From assembly GCA_965225945.1 (NCBI GenBank), contig CBDDBZ010000038.1:256001-320000 (forward strand): 64,000 nt of DNA, read 5' to 3'. The DNA is from Alphaproteobacteria bacterium (GTDB lineage: Bacteria > Pseudomonadota > Alphaproteobacteria > GCA-2731375). Shown here one piece after another: positions 59,445 to 64,000 of the stretch; position 1 is the first letter of the stretch; each line of letters begins with the position of its first letter. The position numbers and the translations under genes were made by a program. The notes beneath the pieces are model-generated. The model did not search any database and was not told the DNA's origin. It worked only from the letters and a program-made list of their open reading frames with translations.

Positions 59445-60467
59445 ATGAGCGAGATCGCAAGCTTCGTCGATTCGACCGAGTTCAGCGACGATGGCCCGGC
59501 GCTGGCGGCCCGTCTGGCGGAAGACGGCTATCTCTTTCTGCGGGGTCTGCTGCCGCGCGACGAGGTGATGGCGGTCCGCGCCCGCCTGCTGGAGCTGGCG
59601 GCGGCCGGCGGCTGGCTCGATCCCGACCAGCCGGTCGAGGCCGGCATCGCGCGGCCCGAGGCCGCCTGCAAGGACCCCGAGCCCGAATTCCTCCGCGTCT
59701 ACGGGCCGATGTGGAAGGACGAGGCGTTGCACGGGCTGCGCCTGCACCCCGACGTCACCGGTCTGTTCGAGCGGATCCTGGGCGAGGCGGTGTTGACCCA
59801 CCCGATGTTCGTCCTGCGCAGCATCTTCCCGCAACGCGAGAACTTCGATTTCACCACCGGCATGCACCAGGACAAGGTGCATATCGGCGGGGCCACCAAC
59901 CACGCGCTCTGGGTCCCGATCGGCGATTGCCCGAGGGAGAAGGGCTCGCTCGCCGTCGCCGCCGGCTCGCACAAGGCGGGCGTGCTCGATTTCGAGGTCG
60001 GCTCCGGCGCCGGCGGCATGAGCCTCGTCGGCCAGATCCCCGGCACCTGGGTCGGCGGCGACTTCGAGGCGGGCGACGGGCTGATCTTCTCCGATACCAC
60101 CGTGCACAAGGCACTCCCCAACCGGAGCGGCGAAATCAGGCAGTCCTTCGATGCCCGCTACCAGGCGGCGAGCCAGCCGATCGCCGAGCGCGAGCTGAAG
60201 ACCTATGCCGACATGTTCGCCTGGGAGGAGGTCTACGAGGGCTGGGAATCGAGCGAGCATCGATACTACTGGCGGAAGCTCGAGCCCCGGATCATGCCCT
60301 TCGACAACAGCTATTACGAGCGCCGCGACACCATGGCCTTCGAGATGGCGGCCCGCGGCGAGACGGCGGCGCGCGACGCGCTCCTCAGGATCATCCAGCG
60401 CGACAGCGATGGCGACAAACGAGCTCGCGCAAGGGCCTTGCTCGCCAGGCTCGACGCCGCCGCCTGA
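59445..60467 (+). CDS. PhyH-family Fe(II)/2-oxoglutarate dioxygenase
   Basis: DGYL, HQD, WVPIGD, GSH, HKALPN and RQSFD. Confidence 0.85.
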   Translation: MSEIASFVDSTEFSDDGPALAARLAEDGYLFLRGLLPRDEVMAVRARLLELAAAGGWLDPDQPVEAGIARPEAACKDPEPEFLRVYGPMWKDEALHGLRLHPDVTGLFERILGEAVLTHPMFVLRSIFPQRENFDFTTGMHQDKVHIGGATNHALWVPIGDCPREKGSLAVAAGSHKAGVLDFEVGSGAGGMSLVGQIPGTWVGGDFEAGDGLIFSDTTVHKALPNRSGEIRQSFDARYQAASQPIAERELKTYADMFAWEEVYEGWESSEHRYYWRKLEPRIMPFDNSYYERRDTMAFEMAARGETAARDALLRIIQRDSDGDKRARARALLARLDAAA

Positions 60468-60504
60468 GCGGGCGGGCCTGGAAGACGGGGCGGGACTCGC
60501 CCAG

Positions 60505-61182
60505 ATGCCGGGATTTTCGAGGCGCGCCTTCCTGACGCTGGGCGGCGCCGGCCTGCTGGCCTCCTGCGATACCGGCTACGACGATTTCCAGTTTGCCGCG
60601 ATCAAGCAGTACTACGATGTCTATTTCGCCCGGGACGAGGGGCTGCCGATCACGCGCGAGCAGATCGAGAAGCAACCCTATGCGATGATCCATCTGCGGA
60701 CCCCTGGCAATGCCGGCGCGGTGCTGGTGCTGGCCCGGGTCTGGGGGCGAGAGTTGCACTGGATCTCGGCCGACCGGAACATCGTCGCCACCCTCGACGG
60801 TCGGCCGGTCCGCACCGTCGGCCTGCCGGAGAACATCCGCGAGACCCGCTCCCTCGGCGTCGATCCGGTGGCGAGCGGCCTGCATCGCATCACCGCCGGC
60901 ACCAAGGCCAAGCGGATCATGGATTTCGACGACGAGCAGCGTTACGGCCGCATCGTGACATCGCGTTACACGCCCATCGAGCGCCAGAAGGTCACCATCG
61001 CCGATCTCACCTACGACCTGCTCCTCGTCGTCGAGCGGAACCGGATCGCGGCCGACGACTGGGAGTTCGAGAACCGCTTCTGGGTCGACCCCGACAACGG
61101 CTTCGTCTGGAAGAGCCTGCAGCACGTCAGCCCCCACTTCGACCCCTTCGAGATCGCGGTGTTGAAGCCGGCCGCGATCTGA
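60505..61182 (+). CDS. YjbF/GfcB-family lipoprotein with a Tat-like signal
   Basis: SRRAFL...LLASC lipobox; WISAD and FENRFWVD..GFVWKSLQ. Confidence 0.75.
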   Translation: MPGFSRRAFLTLGGAGLLASCDTGYDDFQFAAIKQYYDVYFARDEGLPITREQIEKQPYAMIHLRTPGNAGAVLVLARVWGRELHWISADRNIVATLDGRPVRTVGLPENIRETRSLGVDPVASGLHRITAGTKAKRIMDFDDEQRYGRIVTSRYTPIERQKVTIADLTYDLLLVVERNRIAADDWEFENRFWVDPDNGFVWKSLQHVSPHFDPFEIAVLKPAAI

Positions 61183-61301
61183 GGCGCCCTGCCCCGGATG
61201 GCGTGGCGTCTGGACGCCGCGCTCGTGGAAGGGCTTGAATTGCCCGCCACGGACCCGACAATGGCGCCACCTACGAATGGCCCGAGGCGGGGAGAACAGC
61301 A

Positions 61302-63209
61302 ATGAGCCGCACATACGACGAGGTTTATGGCGCCTGGCGCGCGGATCCGGAGGCCTTCTGGGCCGAGGCGGCGGAAGACGTCGAGTGGTTCCGGCGCTGG
61401 GACCGGGTGCTCGACGACGACGCGGCGCCGCTCTTTCGCTGGTTCGTGGGCGCCGAGACCAACACCTGCCACAACGCGCTCGACCGCCACGTCGCCGCCG
61501 GCCGCGGCGACCAGCCGGCGGTGATCTACGATTCCCCCCTCGCCGGCAACCTGAAGCGCACGCTCACCTACGCCGAATTACAGGCCGAGGTGGCGCGGGC
61601 CGCCGGCATGCTGCGCGGCCTCGGCGTCGCGAAGGGCGACCGGGTGATCATCTACATGCCGATGGTGCCGGAGACGGTGGTGGCGATGCTGGCCTGTGCC
61701 CGGATCGGCGCGATTCATTCCGTCGTCTTCGGCGGCTTCGCCGCGAACGAGCTGGCGACGCGGATCGACGATGCCCGACCCAAGGCCATCCTGTCCGCCT
61801 CCTGCGGGATCGAGCCGGGCCGCGTGGTGCCCTATAAGCCGCTGCTCGACGGTGCGATCGAGATGGCCCGGCACAAGCCGGAGAAGACCGTGGTCCTGCA
61901 ACGCGAGATGGAGCCGGCCGAGCTGATGAGCGGCCGCGACCTCGATTGGGCCGACGCGATGGCCGCCGCCACGCCGGCCGACGTGGTGCCGGTGGCGGCG
62001 ACCGATCCGCTTTACATCCTCTATACCTCCGGCACCACGGGCGTCGCGAAGGGCGTGGTGCGCGACAACGGCGGCCATCTGGTGACGCTCAAATGGTCGA
62101 TGAAGAACATCTACGGGATCGATCCCGGAGAGACCTATTGGGCGGCCTCCGATGTCGGCTGGGTGGTCGGCCACTCCTATATCGTCTACGCGCCGTTGTT
62201 CCACGGCTGCACGACCATCCTCTACGAGGGCAAGCCGGTCGGCACGCCCGATCCCGGCGCCTTCTGGCGGGTGATCTCCGAGCATGGCGTCGCCGCGCTC
62301 TTTACCGCGCCGACCGCGTTCCGCGCGATCAAGAAAGAAGATCCGGAAGGGAGCCATATCGCCAATTATGATCTCTCGGCCTTCCGCACCCTCTTCCTCG
62401 CCGGCGAGCGGGCCGATCCCGACACCGTGCAATGGGCCGAACGAATGCTCGACCGCCCGGTGATCGATCACTGGTGGCAGACCGAGACCGGCTGGCCGAT
62501 CGCCGCCAATTGCGTCGGGCTCGGCCAGCTCCCGGTCAAGTATGGCTCCGCCACCAAGGCGGTGCCGGGCTACGACGTGCGCGTCGTCGACGCCGAGGTC
62601 AACGAGATGGCCCCGGGTGAGACCGGCGCCATCGTGCTCAAGCTGCCGCTGCCGCCGGGCAGCCTGGCGACGCTCTGGCAGAACGACGAGGGTTTCAAGC
62701 AGTCCTATCTGGAGGAGTTTCCCGGCCACTACAAGACGGCGGACGCCGGCTATATCGACGAGGAGGGCTACATCTTCGTCATGAGCCGGACCGACGACAT
62801 CATCAACGTGGCGGGCCACCGGCTCTCGACCGGCGGCATGGAGGAGGTGCTGTCGGCCCACCCGGATGTCGCCGAATGCGCGGTGATCGGCGTCGCCGAC
62901 CCGTTGAAGGGCCAGGTGCCGTTGGGCCTGGTGGTGTTGAAGGCCGGCGTCACCAGGGCCGAGGCCGAGATCTGCCGCGATCTGGTGGGCATGGTGCGCG
63001 GCCGGATCGGCCCGGTGGCGGCGTTCAAGACCTGTGCCGTGGTGGCGCGGTTGCCGAAGACGCGGTCGGGCAAGATCCTGCGCGGCACCATGCGAAGCAT
63101 CGCCGACGGCGAGGACTATACGCCGCCGGCGACGATCGACGATCCGGTAATCCTGGACGAAATCACGGGGGTGTTGGGGGAGGTTGGGTATCCGGGGGAG
63201 GGGGATTAG
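61302..63209 (+). CDS. prpE: Propionyl-CoA synthetase
   Basis: YTSGTTG, RDNGGH, GWVVGHSY, WWQTETG and PKTRSGK. Confidence 0.88.
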   Translation: MSRTYDEVYGAWRADPEAFWAEAAEDVEWFRRWDRVLDDDAAPLFRWFVGAETNTCHNALDRHVAAGRGDQPAVIYDSPLAGNLKRTLTYAELQAEVARAAGMLRGLGVAKGDRVIIYMPMVPETVVAMLACARIGAIHSVVFGGFAANELATRIDDARPKAILSASCGIEPGRVVPYKPLLDGAIEMARHKPEKTVVLQREMEPAELMSGRDLDWADAMAAATPADVVPVAATDPLYILYTSGTTGVAKGVVRDNGGHLVTLKWSMKNIYGIDPGETYWAASDVGWVVGHSYIVYAPLFHGCTTILYEGKPVGTPDPGAFWRVISEHGVAALFTAPTAFRAIKKEDPEGSHIANYDLSAFRTLFLAGERADPDTVQWAERMLDRPVIDHWWQTETGWPIAANCVGLGQLPVKYGSATKAVPGYDVRVVDAEVNEMAPGETGAIVLKLPLPPGSLATLWQNDEGFKQSYLEEFPGHYKTADAGYIDEEGYIFVMSRTDDIINVAGHRLSTGGMEEVLSAHPDVAECAVIGVADPLKGQVPLGLVVLKAGVTRAEAEICRDLVGMVRGRIGPVAAFKTCAVVARLPKTRSGKILRGTMRSIADGEDYTPPATIDDPVILDEITGVLGEVGYPGEGD

Positions 63210-63328
63210 GCGAACGAGCGACCCGGCGGCGAAGGGGGCTGGTTGCCCGGTTGAGGGGCAATTTTGTGGGAAATATTGATGCCCGTTCCTTGAGACAGAG
63301 TTGTGTAGGTCCCAGATAAAATATGCCC

Positions 63329-63357
63329 TTGACAGCATATGATCTCAAATGCATGAT
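63329..63357 (+). promoter_or_regulatory. Sigma70 promoter with an imperfect palindromic operator in the spacer
   Basis: TTGACA-17 nt-CATGAT; GCATATGATCTCAAATGC; the ATG is 6 nt after the -10 element. Confidence 0.7.
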
Positions 63358-63363
63358 TGGCAC

Positions 63364-63728
63364 ATGACCTGGGAAGTCGAATTTGATCCGGTCTTCGATC
63401 CGGAGTTTGACGCGCTCCCCGCCCAGGTGCAGGACGAGTTGCTTGCCCATGCGAAGCTTCTCGAAACATTCGGCCCGACGCTGGGCCGTCCCAGGGCCGA
63501 TACGCTGAACGGATCGCGCCACGCCAATATGAAGGAGCTTCGATTCGATGCCGCGGACGGCGTGTGGCGCGTGGCCTTTGCCTTCGACCCGAAGCGGCCG
63601 CCATCCTGCTCGTGGCCGGCGACAAATCGGGAGGCAGTGAAAGGCGCTTCTATAAGGCACTGATCAGGAAGGCGGACGATCGTTTCGATGCGCATCTGGA
63701 AAGATTGAAAGAGGAAAGGAGGGAGTGA
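63364..63728 (+). pseudogene. HigB/RelE-type toxin, frameshifted near 63598
   Basis: LGRPRADTLNGSRHANMKELRF...RVAFAFDPKR, then AILLVAGDKSGGSERRFYK in another frame. Confidence 0.85.
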
Positions 63729-64000
63729 TGACGAGGCTACGGGAAAGGATGGAGAAGCTGGCGAAGACGCGTCGGGGGAAGGTCGAGGCACGTGTAGGGG
63801 AGCTTATTGGCGAAGAACTGTCGCTACGGGATTTACGCAAGGCCCGCCGTCGCACCCAGGTTCGTCTGGCCAAGGAACTCGGTATCAATCAGGAGAACGT
63901 ATCGCGTATCGAAAAGCGGACCGATCTGCTGATTTCCACGCTGAGCGGTTATGTCGAGGCCATGGGCGGCACGTTGCGCCTGGTAGCGGAATTTCCCGAC
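63728..64000 (+). CDS. XRE/HigA-type antitoxin, running off the window
   Basis: LRKARRRTQVRLAKELGINQENVSRIE and STLSGYVEAMGG. Confidence 0.88.
   Translation, partial: MTRLRERMEKLAKTRRGKVEARVGELIGEELSLRDLRKARRRTQVRLAKELGINQENVSRIEKRTDLLISTLSGYVEAMGGTLRLVAEFPD

Overview
GC-rich, alphaproteobacterial-looking DNA; the taxon is inferred from gene content only. The left ~29 kb is an accessory region. It holds small cargo modules (serine hydrolase, amidase/nitroreductase/D-glutamate-cyclase-like genes, a TRAP transporter) separated by a dispersed ~70-100 bp repeat family, many IS elements (IS4, IS630, two IS21, IS110, and a tyrosine-recombinase + IS91-like HUH element), and two integrases flanking a tRNA-Lys 3' att fragment. 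The middle carries core genes (CoA transferase, adenylate cyclase-TPR, SARP/BTAD regulator, tcuA-like flavoprotein, esterase, pdxY, sdhCDAB). After the sdh terminator is a class C group II intron whose RT gene is split by an IS4 that supplies a new in-frame, translationally coupled ATG. An IS1595 and a secreted TPR gene broken by three IS follow. The right part has an acyl-CoA catabolic operon containing a hidden UGA-recoded selenoprotein (CPV-U-PNC plus a SECIS-like hairpin), then prpE and a HigBA-type toxin-antitoxin pair with a frameshifted toxin. The strongest candidate for an undescribed system is the repeat family: it borders cargo genes and is the reconstructable target of the recombinase+HUH element and probably of the IS110. 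All protein calls come from motif recognition by eye; no database searches were run.
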